From: Monocercomonoides exilis PA203
Taxonomy: Eukaryota > Protista > Preaxostyla
Assembly (NCBI GenBank): GCA_001643675.2
Contig: LSRY02000004.1
Coordinates: 186,001-250,000, forward strand
Reading direction: 5' to 3'
DNA: 64,000 nt
Below the pieces are notes generated by a model. That model ran no database searches. It was not told the DNA's origin and saw only the letters and a list, made by a program, of their open reading frames with translations. Both the position numbers and the translations under genes were made by a program. This document shows, one piece after another, positions 11,406 to 23,144 of the stretch (position 1 is its first letter; every line of letters starts with the position of its first letter).

Positions 11406-12017
11406 TTAAGTTTGATCCTTTAATAGGGTGAGTAAATCTTTTATTTTTTGTGTTAGGTTTGGATGAGAAGAAGCTATTTTTGTCAATATTTCTACAAATA
11501 CTTTGCAATTCGCTTTACATTTATAGTTTTGAAATATCACTGTGATACATTCCAATAATTGTTGAAGGTCTTCATCGGCTAAATGTTGATCATTAAGCAA
11601 AGCAAATATTTCAGGTAAAATTCCAGACATTGACAACGAAGCTTCGGCATCTTGCTTTTCTCGAATTAAATAGCACAAAATTTTCGTAGCTGCCGTTGAT
11701 GTATCCTCGTATTTGCACTTTTGAACAATTTATAATGAGAATAATTCTGAATCAAGAAAATAAAAACCTGAATTAGAACAGTCAATGAAGTTGTAATTTG
11801 ACTGTAATCAAAAGATTTTGATATTAATGACTTATATGAAGCTATCATATGAAGAAGGTCAGAAGAATAAATCTCAAAAAGAAAAAGTAGAGAAATATTA
11901 CAATAAAAAAGAAAGAAAGAAACATACAGAATCTTTACTTGACAATGGATTTTTCATGTGAAAACATAATGTTTCGATAAGATCATGATTAAAGACATGA
12001 TTTTCAGGAACAAGATC
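11406..12017 (-). CDS. Hypothetical multi-exon helical (ARM/HEAT-like) protein; start not resolved
   Basis: Minus-strand exons join in phase: ...SLTVLIQ|gt...aaag|CKYEDTSTAATKILCYLIREKQDAEASLSMSGILPEIFALL...LKDQT*. An upstream exon reads DLVPENHVFNHDLIETLCFHMKIHCQVKIL|gtatg. No family recognised. Confidence 0.45.
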
Positions 12018-12391
12018 TTTGTATTAAATTGCAATGGTTTTTAACATAAGAATTATGAAAAAATTGCAAAGAATAACCGAAAGTGTACAAATCAAGCAAT
12101 TTTAGCAAGCAAGTTTCGCTCTCCAAAGGATTCTTTGTTTTTTTCAACGTACGAATCAAAAGAAAAAATGAAGACAGCTTTGAGAAGGATCAAACACAAT
12201 TATGAAAGTATAACAATTATTTAAGCAAACATCAGAAAACGGCAAAATTAGATTTTCTATCTTTGTATAGTTAACGTTATTTGTCATAAAATAAGAAATC
12301 AAATTTTTACGTCACGCTAATTTTCCTTTCAACAAGTTTTTTTTATGAATTTTGATAAAATAATTCAATATTTGATCAAAAAATAATAAAA

Positions 12392-12877
12392 ATGGTGAAA
12401 GATAGAAAGAAGCTAAAGCAGCCTGAAAAGGCTGTACCGTTCTGTCCAAACGCACCCATTGAGCAAGAATCTGTTTATAGTTTAATGGCCATGATGGTAC
12501 GCGTGAATTTTATCGTTGTTATTTCTTATTTGTTTTTTAATTATTTTCAGTTTAGTGTTCTTGGAATGACAATGAAATTGCGTTGGGCTCCGTGGTTCGC
12601 AATTTTATGCAGTATTGATATTTTTATTAATTGTTTTTTTGACTTTTTCATGTGAAATTTTGTGAAATAGTGGTAATATCAATTTCAAAAGCAAAGTTTG
12701 GTGGTCAGTTTGATCGGAGTCAACACATTATGACATTAGTGTATGATCATTAGTTTTGGATTTTCTGTAGATTATTTATATTGAAAATTTAGGCTTTCTC
12801 TTATAAGCATGTTTTTCATTTATTTCACTAACAGCAAAAATGCTCCTCCAGTAAAATCTACGAAACGAAAACGATAG
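12392..12877 (+). CDS. WDR83OS: Asterix / PAT10 (WDR83OS, UPF0139) small ER intramembrane chaperone subunit, 4 exons
   Basis: The spliced product ...YSLMAMMFSVLGMTMKLRWAPWFAILCMVISISKAK...HIMTLVLSLISMFFIYFTNSKNAPP... matches the Asterix pattern ([25 protein letters not shown]...MLSISAVVMSY). Three GT-AG introns keep the frame to TAG at 12875-12877. Confidence 0.85.
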
Positions 12878-13292
12878 ATTTTATTTTCTCACATCAGTTC
12901 ATAATTGTCAAAAAAGTGAATAATTTTTTGAAATTTCATTTTAACGAAACTTTTTCTTTTTTTTTATTAAACTAGACGAATTTAAACAATCAACAATTAA
13001 AAATTTAATGATTTGAGCACATGGATTACTGTTTTTAAAATATCAGTTAAATCAAAGTTTAGAAACTTGTTTCCTTTGATCGTCTGAAATATAAAATATT
13101 TTTTATTAAAAAAAGGGAATTGTTAACTTGATTTGTATTGTTTCGCCATCTCGTATTGTTAAAAATAACTCAATTAATAATCATAGCAATTTTGAACAAT
13201 TTGTTGTGAATATTGACATTTTTCAAAAGAATTTTTTCATTGTTCAAAAATGAAGTGAAAAAATTTTTTTGTTCTAAGAAATTCTTTTCATC

Positions 13293-13340
<48 letters not shown>

Positions 13341-13541
13341 GGTATGAAAATGCAAGACTCATTTTGATAAGAAAGAAAAAATAGTTTGAACAGAACGTTT
13401 GTTTTTTCATAAATGCAAGAATTGTCTGCACATGAGTGAAATTTCAATTTCGTAATTATAAAAATTCTATTAATTGTGTTTATATTTCAAACCAATATAA
13501 ATTATCAAATTCATTTTAATTATCTTTTTGATTTATTAGGA

Positions 13542-13916
13542 CAGATATCGCACAAAATACCGGACATCGCACAAAATACCAGATAAGATCAATTTCACAA
13601 TAACTGCAAGAGTAATAATTCTGAATATTTTCCACAAAATATATCTAATTTATAAAAACTCATTTGATATACAAGTCTTTCAAAACAGCTTCATTTGTGC
13701 TCAGAAAAAATTATTATCGAAATCTCGGAAAAATTGGATTTTGAGTTTCTCAAGATTTGAATAATAAATTTATTCTGAGCACAAATGAAGCTGTTTTGAA
13801 AGTCTTGTATATCAAATGAGTTTGTATTAATAAGATATATTTTGTGGAAAACATTCAGAATTTTTCTCTGCAGTAATTGTGAAATCGATCTTGTCTGGTA
13901 TTTTGTGCGATATCTG
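13542..13916. mobile_element. Foldback/MITE family A, copy 1 (375-bp near-perfect palindrome, CAG...CTG ends)
   Basis: The left arm cagatatcgcacaaaatacc...cagcttcatttgtgctcaga is the reverse complement of the right arm tctgagcacaaatgaagctg...ggtattttgtgcgatatctg. TA follows the right end. One arm has a 19-bp subterminal tandem repeat (atcgcacaaaataccggac). Confidence 0.9.
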
Positions 13917-14287
13917 TATTATTATTATTTATTTTATTTCATTTTTATTTATTTATTTTTTTGTTTGTTTCAATAATGAAAAGCGGATAGGAGAAAACAA
14001 TTCATGCAAGCAATTGATGCAATCTTTTGTTCAAAAAAGCATATTTGCTTAAATGTTTTAGTATCGCAACTGTTTCAAAAATGTGATATTTATGAAAAAC
14101 TCATGAATATTTTTTCTGTCAGCAACATTTTCACAAACAACGTATTCATTTGAATGTTCCTGGAAATTGTTAAAGAAACAGAAAATAGTGATTGAAAACA
14201 TATTATTTCTAAAAGCACAATTCATATATTCATTATTTCATTATGCTTCATTTCCCCATTCTTTGATTTTTTTTCTTTTTATTCTTT

Positions 14288-14543
14288 TTTTCCACATGGC
14301 CAATTTTTATTGAGAACTTCCTATTATTCAATTTTTAAATAAAACTCAAATTTCGAACATTTATAAAATTGATGTTCCCACAAAAAAACTTCATAAAGAT
14401 GGAAACATTTCCTGAACAGTGTTATTATTTCAATTTGAGAAAAGTTATGCAAGTGTGAACAGAAATTCAATGGAATTATGAAATTTTTGTTTTATTTGAA
14501 AATTAAACTATAGGAAGTTTTCGAAAAAATTAGACAGATGGAA
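14288..14543. mobile_element. Hairpin/MITE family B, copy upstream of the Merlin pseudogene (unit 1)
   Basis: Inverted arms gaacttcctattattcaatttttaaataaaac...tgttcccac and gtgtgaacagaaat...gttttatttgaaaattaaactataggaagttt. Alignable by eye to the hairpin at 16772-17022. Confidence 0.7.
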
Positions 14544-14999
14544 ACACTTTCCGAAATGATGGCAATAAGTTGTTCAAAATAAAATTGGACAAATGAAAAA
14601 TTGTTATTGTGTCGATTTGATAGACACTCAATACTTGAAAAAATTCATCTTCGGAAGAAGAAGGAAAAAAAAACGTTGATCAATACACACTAATTATTCA
14701 AAACATTGTGGAATGTTGAAATAGTATTTGAAACTTTGTATCGTAATTTCAATGAATATATGGATGAAAATACGGACTTTCAAGTTTTTTTTGCACAATG
14801 CTTTAAAAAATTGCTTCACTCATATACGAATGTTTCATATTGAATCATTTCAAAAAGGAAAAACAGAATGAATAGAAAATATTTTGCGATAATAGATATT
14901 CAATGAAACGGCTCCACGAAAATGTTGCGAAAACAATTAGAAAACGCCCTGAAGCAAATTGTCGTACTTTGATAATATTTATTAAAAGTGGTGAATGAA

Positions 15000-16057
15000 A
15001 ATGGTTCTTCAAATTTCGCAAATAAAGAATAGAAGTTTCATTTTGGACAGGAACATCGTTTTCAAAATTGAAACTTTCAATTTCAAATCTTATTCTGAAA
15101 CTTAACTTCTTTTTCATTTATCTCAATATAAAAGCAAACATCATCTCTAACTTCATGCAAAAGACACAGTGTTTCTTATTACTATTGAATTTGCCGGAGA
15201 ACATGCGCTCAGATGACAGTTGGAATCCAAACTCCCATAGGAGGTCCTGGCCGCATTGTGGAAATTGAAGTAGCTGTTATGAGAAGGCGAAAAGCAAAAG
15301 AGGTTTTTATTGTTTTTCATTGAAACTTAATTTTTAATTGAACTTTTTTGTTCGGCCGTGAAAAGAAGGAAATTTGGATTTTTGGAGCTCAGGAACGTGG
15401 AGGAAAAGCATTTGTTTATCCAGTGTCCAACAGATCTGCTTCAGTATTAATTCCGTTAATAAAAAAATATAATCGCCTCGAACAGAAATTCAATTTGATC
15501 AATGGAAAGTGTATTTTTTTTTTTTTGAGTGAGAATGGATTCACACACAAGACTGTCAACCATTCCGAGTATTTTTCACATTTTCGTATTCTCCTTTTGT
15601 TGTCTTTAATCATGAAATGTTATTTCACACTTATTCAGATCCAATTACTGGTAATTGCATAAATCATATTGAAGCATTGCAGTGTGCACTTCGCAAGTTC
15701 ATGCCTTCATGTGGAGTGAGAATTAACAGAATGCAAGTATATATCTATTCATTTTTGTTTTTCAGAAATCGAAAAATTGTTTTTTCCATTTTAGTGTCAA
15801 GTATTATGAAATGCAGGGACGAAGAATACAAAGCTCTTGAGGATGAAGCTTTTGGATCAGAAGAAGAGGAAGAAGAGGTTGGAGCTGAAATATTACACGA
15901 AGAAGAATCTTCAGAGTCAGATTATGTACTTGAAACAGATACATCATCAGATTGGACTGGGAATGGAGCTGACACATCTGAATGGGAGGCCAATAAGAAA
16001 AGACCGAATTTTCCACATATCATTCTTCTCAAAATAAAAAACAACTGCTCTCTTTGA
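15000..16057 (+). pseudogene. Decayed Merlin/IS1016-like (ISXO2 domain) DDE transposase, unit 1
   Basis: Fragments across frames: SFWTGTSFSKLKL; PIGGPGRIVEIEVAVMRRRK; GREKKEIWIFGAQER; NRSASVLIPLIKK; PRTEIQFDQWKVY; HKTVNHS; DPITGNCINHIEAL. It has frameshifts, the first catalytic D is lost (EIE for EID), and an intron acceptor is mutated. Confidence 0.88.
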
Positions 16058-16771
16058 TTATTTCTTTGTTTTAGAAGGTTTTGTGAGGTAACTTATAAGA
16101 GCCATTTGCTGTGCTCATCTTTGACGTTGATCATTTCACCATTGTGAAATAGCACACTTTGACAAAATTCCTTTTTGAATTCCAATTGAAAATTGTTCAT
16201 GAAAGAGGATTATTTAATAATGAATAAGGAATAACTCTTCCAACTCATTTTATTTCGTAAAATGTTTATAAATGCATGATAATGCTCTCATATCCTTTTT
16301 CATGAAGAAGAGAAAGTGGGAGCTTCGATTTGATCAAAATAGTTAATTCCAGTTCTCGTATGAATAATATACAAAACAAGCTTTTCAAAAAGAATTACCC
16401 ATTCGAAAGATTATTGTTCTTCAGTTGAAAAAGAAACTTTGAAGCAATCATTCACCGAAAAAAGATATGATAAAAAAAAACTGTTTGACAAAATAATTCT
16501 AATTTTTTCTAAATCATTTTTTTGTGTGTTATGTTCTATATATATTTAGCGGGAAGTGTGATTCTTGAAAAAATAAACAATTTACGAAAAAACTGCAGTT
16601 ATTTCAGATTTGAAGCATCTGTGAGGAGAATTACTCATGATTTCTGTAAAAGTCTTATTCTTTGAAAGGTAACCGTTGTTGTATTGAAAAACTGAGTGTT
16701 TCGGGAGATTTTTGATTAACAAAAAATAAAAAATAACAAAAAAGCATTCACACATTTGCAAATATCGATAG

Positions 16772-17022
16772 TATAAATGTCTAAATTTTTTTGAAGAGTT
16801 CCTTTTGTTTAATTTTTAAATTAAGAAATAATTTCATATTTTGATAAAATTTCTGCTCCCACTCACGAAACATCACAAAATTGGAAATAATAACATTGTT
16901 AAGATTTTATTTTCATGACAACGAAATTTGGTGAGTGGGAACAGAAATCAGATCGAAATATGGAATTTTTATTCTTTTGAAAAATAAACAAAGGAACTTT
17001 TTAAAAAAATTCGACAAATATA
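16772..17022. mobile_element. Hairpin/MITE family B, copy downstream of the Merlin pseudogene (unit 1)
   Basis: Arms tgtctaaattttttgaagagttcc...atttctgctcccactcacgaaa and tttggtgagtgggaacagaaat...ggaactttttaaaaaaattcgaca are imperfect reverse complements around a ~50-nt spacer. Confidence 0.8.
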
Positions 17023-17035
17023 AGAATATTAGAAT

Positions 17036-17097
<62 letters not shown>

Positions 17098-17298
17098 GGT
17101 ATGAAAATGCAAGACTCATTTTGATAAGAAAGAAAAAATAGTTTGAACAGAACGTTTGTTTTTTCATAAATGCAAGAATTGTCTGCACATGAGTGAAATT
17201 TCAATTTCGTAATTATAAAAATTCTATTAATTGTGTTTATATTTCAAACCAATATAAATTATCAAATTCATTTTAATTATCTTTTTGATTTATTAGGA

Positions 17299-17675
17299 CA
17301 GATATCGCACAAAATACCGGACATCGCACAAAATACCAGATAAGATCAATTTCACAATAACTGCAAGAGTAATAATTCTGAATATTTTCCACAAAATATA
17401 TCTAATTTATAAAAACTCATTTGATATACAAGTCTTTCAAAACAGCTTCATTTGTGCTCAGAAAAAATTATTATCGAAATCTCGGAAAAATTGGATTTTG
17501 AGTTTCTCAAGATTTGAATAATAAATTTATTCTGAGCACAAATGAAGCTGTTTTGAAAGTCTTGTATATCAAATGAGTTTGTATTAATAAGATATATTTT
17601 GTGGAAAACATTCAGAATTTTTCTTCTTGCAGTAATTGTGAAATCGATCTTGTCTGGTATTTTGTGCGATATCTG
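17299..17675. mobile_element. Foldback/MITE family A, copy 2 (in duplicated unit)
   Basis: Near-identical to 13542-13916. Confidence 0.9.
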
Positions 17676-18046
17676 TATTATTATTATTTATTTTATTTCA
17701 TTTTTATTTATTTATTTTTTTGTTTGTTTCAATAATGAAAAGCGGATAGGAGAAAACAATTCATGCAAGCAATTGATGCAATCTTTTGTTCAAAAAAGCA
17801 TATTTGCTTAAATGTTTTAGTATCGCAACTGTTTCAAAAATGTGATATTTATGAAAAACTCATGAATATTTTTTCTGTCAGCAACATTTTCACAAACAAC
17901 GTATTCATTTGAATGTTCCTGGAAATTGTTAAAGAAACAGAAAATAGTGATTGAAAACATATTATTTCTAAAAGCACAATTCATATATTCATTATTTCAT
18001 TATGCTTCATTTCCCCATTCTTTGATTTTTTTTCTTTTTATTCTTT

Positions 18047-18302
18047 TTTTCCACATGGCCAATTTTTATTGAGAACTTCCTATTATTCAATTTTTAAATA
18101 AAACTCAAATTTCGAACATTTATAAAATTGATGTTCCCACAAAAAAACTTCATAAAGATGGAAACATTTCCTGAACAGTGTTATTATTTCAATTTGAGAA
18201 AAGTTATGCAAGTGTGAACAGAAATTCAATGGAATTATGAAATTTTTGTTTTATTTGAAAATTAAACTATAGGAAGTTTTCGAAAAAATTAGACAGATGG
18301 AA
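18047..18302. mobile_element. Hairpin/MITE family B (unit 2, upstream copy)
   Basis: Duplicate of 14288-14543. Confidence 0.7.
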
Positions 18303-18759
18303 ACACTTTCCGAAATGATGGCAATAAGTTGTTCAAAATAAAATTGGACAAATGAAAAATTGTTATTGTGTCGATTTGATAGACACTCAATACTTGAAAA
18401 AATTCATCTTCGGAAGAAGAAGGAAAAAAAAAACGTTGATCAATACACACTAATTATTCAAAACATTGTGGAATGTTGAAATAGTATTTGAAACTTTGTA
18501 TCGTAATTTCAATGAATATATGGATGAAAATACGGACTTTCAAGTTTTTTTTGCACAATGCTTTAAAAAATTGCTTCACTCATATACGAATGTTTCATAT
18601 TGAATCATTTCAAAAAGGAAAAACAGAATGAATAGAAAATATTTTGCGATAATAGATATTCAATGAAACGGCTCCACGAAAATGTTGCGAAAACAATTAG
18701 AAAACGCCCTGAAGCAAATTGTCGTACTTTGATAATATTTATTAAAAGTGGTGAATGAA

Positions 18760-19818
18760 AATGGTTCTTCAAATTTCGCAAATAAAGAATAGAAGTTTCA
18801 TTTTGGACAGGAACATCGTTTTCAAAATTGAAACTTTCAATTTCAAATCTTATTCTGAAACTTAACTTCTTTTTCATTTATCTCAATATAAAAGCAAACA
18901 TCATCTCTAACTTCATGCAAAAGACACAGTGTTTCTTATTACTATTGAATTTGCCGGAGAACATGCGCTCAGATGACAGTTGGAATCCAAACTCCCATAG
19001 GAGGTCCTGGCCGCATTGTGGAAATTGAAGTAGCTGTTATGAGAAGGCGAAAAGCAAAAGAGGTTTTTATTGTTTTTCATTGAAACTTAATTTTTAATTG
19101 AACTTTTTTTGTTCGGCCGTGAAAAGAAGGAAATTTGGATTTTTGGAGCTCAGGAACGTGGAGGAAAAGCATTTGTTTATCCAGTGTCCAACAGATCTGC
19201 TTCAGTATTAATTCCGTTAATAAAAAAATATAATCGCCTCGAACAGAAATTCAATTTGATCAATGGAAAGTGTATTTTTTTTTTTTTGAGTGAGAATGGA
19301 TTCACACACAAGACTGTCAACCATTCCGAGTATTTTTCACATTTTCGTATTCTCCTTTTGTTGTCTTTAATCATGAAATGTTATTTCACACTTATTCAGA
19401 TCCAATTACTGGTAATTGCATAAATCATATTGAAGCATTGCAGTGTGCACTTCGCAAGTTCATGCCTTCATGTGGAGTGAGAATTAACAGAATGCAAGTA
19501 TATATCTATTCATTTTTGTTTTTCAGAAATCGAAAAATTGTTTTTTCCATTTTAGTGTCAAGTATTATGAAATGCAGGGACGAAGAATACAAAGCTCTTG
19601 AGGATGAAGCTTTTGGATCAGAAGAAGAGGAAGAAGAGGTTGGAGCTGAAATATTACACGAAGAAGAATCTTCAGAGTCAGATTATGTACTTGAAACAGA
19701 TACATCATCAGATTGGACTGGGAATGGAGCTGACACATCTGAATGGGAGGCCAATAAGAAAAGACCGAATTTTCCACATATCATTCTTCTCAAAATAAAA
19801 AACAACTGCTCTCTTTGA
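18760..19818 (+). pseudogene. Decayed Merlin/IS1016-like transposase, unit 2
   Basis: Duplicate of 15000-16057 with the same lesions. Confidence 0.88.
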
Positions 19819-20540
19819 TTATTTCTTTGTTTTAGAAGGTTTTGTGAGGTAACTTATAAGAGCCATTTGCTGTGCTCATCTTTGACGTTGATCATTTCAC
19901 CATTGTGAAATAGCACACTTTTGACAAAATTCCTTTTTTGAATTCCAATTGAAAATTGTTCATGAAAGAGGATTATTTAATAATGAATAAGGAATAACTC
20001 TTCCAACTCATTTTATTTCGTAAAATGTTTATAAATGCATGATAATGCTCTCATATCCTTTTTTCATGAAGAAGAGAAAGTGGGAGCTTCGATTTGATCA
20101 AAATAGTTAATTCCAGTTCTCGTATGAATAATATACAAAACAAGCTTTTCAAAAAGAATTACCCATTCGAAAGATTATTGTTCTTCAGTTGAAAAAGAAA
20201 CTTTGAAGCAATCATTCACCGAAAAAAAGATATGATAAAAAAAAACTGTTTGACAAAATAATTCTAATTTTTTTCTAAATCATTTTTTTGTGTGTTATGT
20301 TCTATATATATTTAGCGGGAAGTGTGATTCTTGAAAAAAATAAACAATTTACGAAAAAACTGCAGTTATTTCAGATTTGAAGCATCTGTGAGGAGAATTA
20401 CTCATGATTTCTGTAAAAGTCTTATTCTTTGAAAGGTAACCGTTGTTGTATTGAAAAACTGAGTGTTTCGGGAGATTTTTTGATTAACAAAAAAATAAAA
20501 AATAACAAAAAAGCATTCACACATTTGCAAATATCGATAG

Positions 20541-20794
20541 TATAAATGTCTAAATTTTTTTGAAGAGTTCCTTTTGTTTAATTTTTAAATTAAGAAATAA
20601 TTTCATATTTTGATAAAATTTCTGCTCCCACTCACGAAACATCACAAAATTGGAAATAATAACATTGTTAAGATTTTATTTTCATGACAACGAAATTTGG
20701 TGAGTGGGAACAGAAATCAGATCGAAATATGGAATTTTTATTCTTTTTGAAAAATAAACAAAAGGAACTTTTTAAAAAAAATTCGACAAATATA
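20541..20794. mobile_element. Hairpin/MITE family B (unit 2, downstream copy)
   Basis: Duplicate of 16772-17022. Confidence 0.8.
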
Positions 20795-20807
20795 AGAATA
20801 TTAGAAT

Positions 20808-20860
<53 letters not shown>

Positions 20861-20890
<30 letters not shown>
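20861..20890. repeat. (ATT)n microsatellite abutting a poly-T tract
   Basis: attattattatt... directly after the poly-T at 20809-20860. Confidence 0.95.
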
Positions 20891-21431
20891 TGAAAGAACG
20901 ATATTTTAATCAAATTTTCGTGGAGAATGAATGTTCACAATAAATGATAAAAAAAATTATCTATCAAAGAATGAATTGCCTTTGCAGAGTAATTGAATTG
21001 AAAATTTTTTAGATAAACCTTCAAATATAACTTTTTCTATGAAAACAAAAAAGAGAATGTTATTATGAAAAAAACAGAATTATTCACATGTTTTTCCATA
21101 TTTTTAAGATAAGGAATGACTTTTGTTGAAAGAAAGTGCAATGACAGGAACAATATTGATGTTGCAATAAACAACAAAAACGATTCGCATTAACTTGTCT
21201 GGACTCAATTATCACTGTTTTTATTCAAACAATTCATTTTTATCGAAAAATATTGAATAAATTTCTAAGAAAACAAATAAAATAAAAATTCTTTTGAATA
21301 TGCATGAATCATCATGTTTTTATTCTATATATAAACGATATAAATATGTTTTGTTTGAAAATATTTCCATGTTGAAGAATGCTCCTCAAAAATAAACCCT
21401 TATTAATTTATTATTTATTAGATTTTTTTTA

Positions 21432-22835
21432 ATGCACGCCTTATTCATTGTTGCACTTGCAACATTTTTTGTATTTTGGATAAAGTTTCTAATCTCAGAA
21501 GCTAAAATTCATAAGTCTATGGGGAAAACATCATCTCATATCGCAGTGTGAAGTTTATTTTGTTTTTTCTTTGCACATTGTTTTGCTTCAAAAACGAGTA
21601 TAGCCCGGACTCCCAGAGCCATTTGAAGTACTTCAAAAAGATTATCGAGTATTAGAAGAAACGAAAGAAAACTCAAATAGAATCAGAGCAATCACATGGA
21701 ATATTGAAAGGGGATATAAATTGGATCAAATCATTGCGGAATTGAAAAAAATTGATGCAGACATTATAATCCTTCAAGAGCTTGATATTATGTGTAAGCG
21801 CACAGATAATTTAGACGTTCCAAACGAGATTGGCAAAGCTCTCAAATTGAATATGGCTTTTGTTCCAGAATTTCACGAAGTATACAGACAAATTTTTAAT
21901 TTTCATTTTTAATTTAAACTAAAATAGTTTGAATCTCCAATACGTCCTTCTTCCAACCAAGGAGGAGGAGTTCATGGGAATGCAATTTTGACAAAATTTG
22001 ATTTTCTTAAAGTTGAGGCAATCATTCACAAGCAACAAATAAACTGGAGATTAGATGGGTTGAGATTTTGCGGTGAACCTCGTAAGGGAGGTATCTTATT
22101 TTTAAATTACATATTTTTGACTTTATTTAATCATCATTATCCTTCTATAGGTAGAGTAACGCTTGTTGCAGAAATCGCAACACCTACAGGAGTGATTGTG
22201 ACATACAGGTTGAATTCAATTATATCAAATAATAATATTGACAACTGTGATAATTTTTCTTCTAATTATTTTTTAATTTTTTTAATTAAAGTTCACATCT
22301 TGAACCATTTGTCACATGTACAGATCGATTTGAAAATGTGAAGGAGATTTTGCAATCATGCTTTGAATATTGTCAAAAAGCAAAGGGAACATCTTCTTCA
22401 TCATCTTCAGCCTCTTCGATCGATTCATTGAATTCTCAAACTATTCGAGGATTTCTTATTGGAGGAGATTTTAATACAATGCTGTCTGGAATAGGGAGAT
22501 TGAATTTTTATCTTCCCTGGAATTCTTCAAAGAATATCTTGGGAAGAATACACCATCCGTTCCAAACAGAAGCCCAGTGTCTGGCTCATCGCGTGAGCAA
22601 AGAGCTGAAAGAGCTGAGTAAGAAAGGCGCATCTGACACACTTCTTTCTCTGACTGATCCTTTCGACAAGAGCGGAAAGACAGAATGGACGCTCAGCAAT
22701 TATCAGGGAAAATTCCAGCACAAGTTAGATTTTTTGTTCTACTCTGCTTCTTCTTTTGCACTGAGGGAAAAGAATATCGGTACAGGCAACGAATCTGATC
22801 ATCAGTGGATAAGTGTGGATTTGGAGGCGAAATGA
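21432..22835 (+). CDS. Endonuclease/exonuclease/phosphatase (EEP) family protein with an N-terminal hydrophobic anchor, 5 exons
   Basis: Spliced motifs IRAITWNIERG, DIIILQE, HGNAILTKF, EPRKGGR, SSHLE, GGDFNT, KLDFLFY and SDH. Four GT-AG introns preserve the frame. Confidence 0.9.
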
Positions 22836-23144
22836 GGTTGCGTGGAATAATGTTAGTATTTTGTGTTTATTGATTTTATTTTTTCAAATATCATAAAATT
22901 CTTTTATGCCAATTGTTGATTTCCTCAAATCAACTTTTTAAAAGTATTTATATCCATTCCATGTCAAATTTACTTCGAAAAATTTGCGGAATTCAACACA
23001 ATTGGCACATCCAAAAGATTAAAAGACTTCATAAAAAATTAATAATTTTCGTTGTTGATTTTTCAAAAAAATAAATATTTACGTATGGTTCTTTACTCTC
23101 CACGCTTGTAAAAAATGAAGTGAAAACGAATCAACGCAAAAATA

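Larger units (their letters stand above)
13300..20860. repeat. Tandem duplication of a ~3.7 kb unit (13337-17036 and 17094-20808) delimited by three poly-T tracts
   Basis: Identical ORF translations recur at an offset of ~3760 (14845/18605, 15617/19378). Poly-T lies at 13300-13336, 17037-17093 and 20809-20860. The visible differences between copies are mostly homopolymer-length indels. Confidence 0.97.

Noticed and set aside
13547-13585. 19-bp direct repeat as a CRISPR-like array
   Set aside because: Only two adjacent copies with no spacers; it is a subterminal repeat of the foldback element.
14560-16180. Candidate TIRs for the decayed Merlin (ggcaa at 14561; tgatcatttc near 16128)
   Set aside because: No matching inverted partner or TSD could be found.
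16913-17204. Poly-Lys/poly-Phe ORFs (also near 20.7-20.9 kb)
   Set aside because: These are translations of the poly-T tracts.
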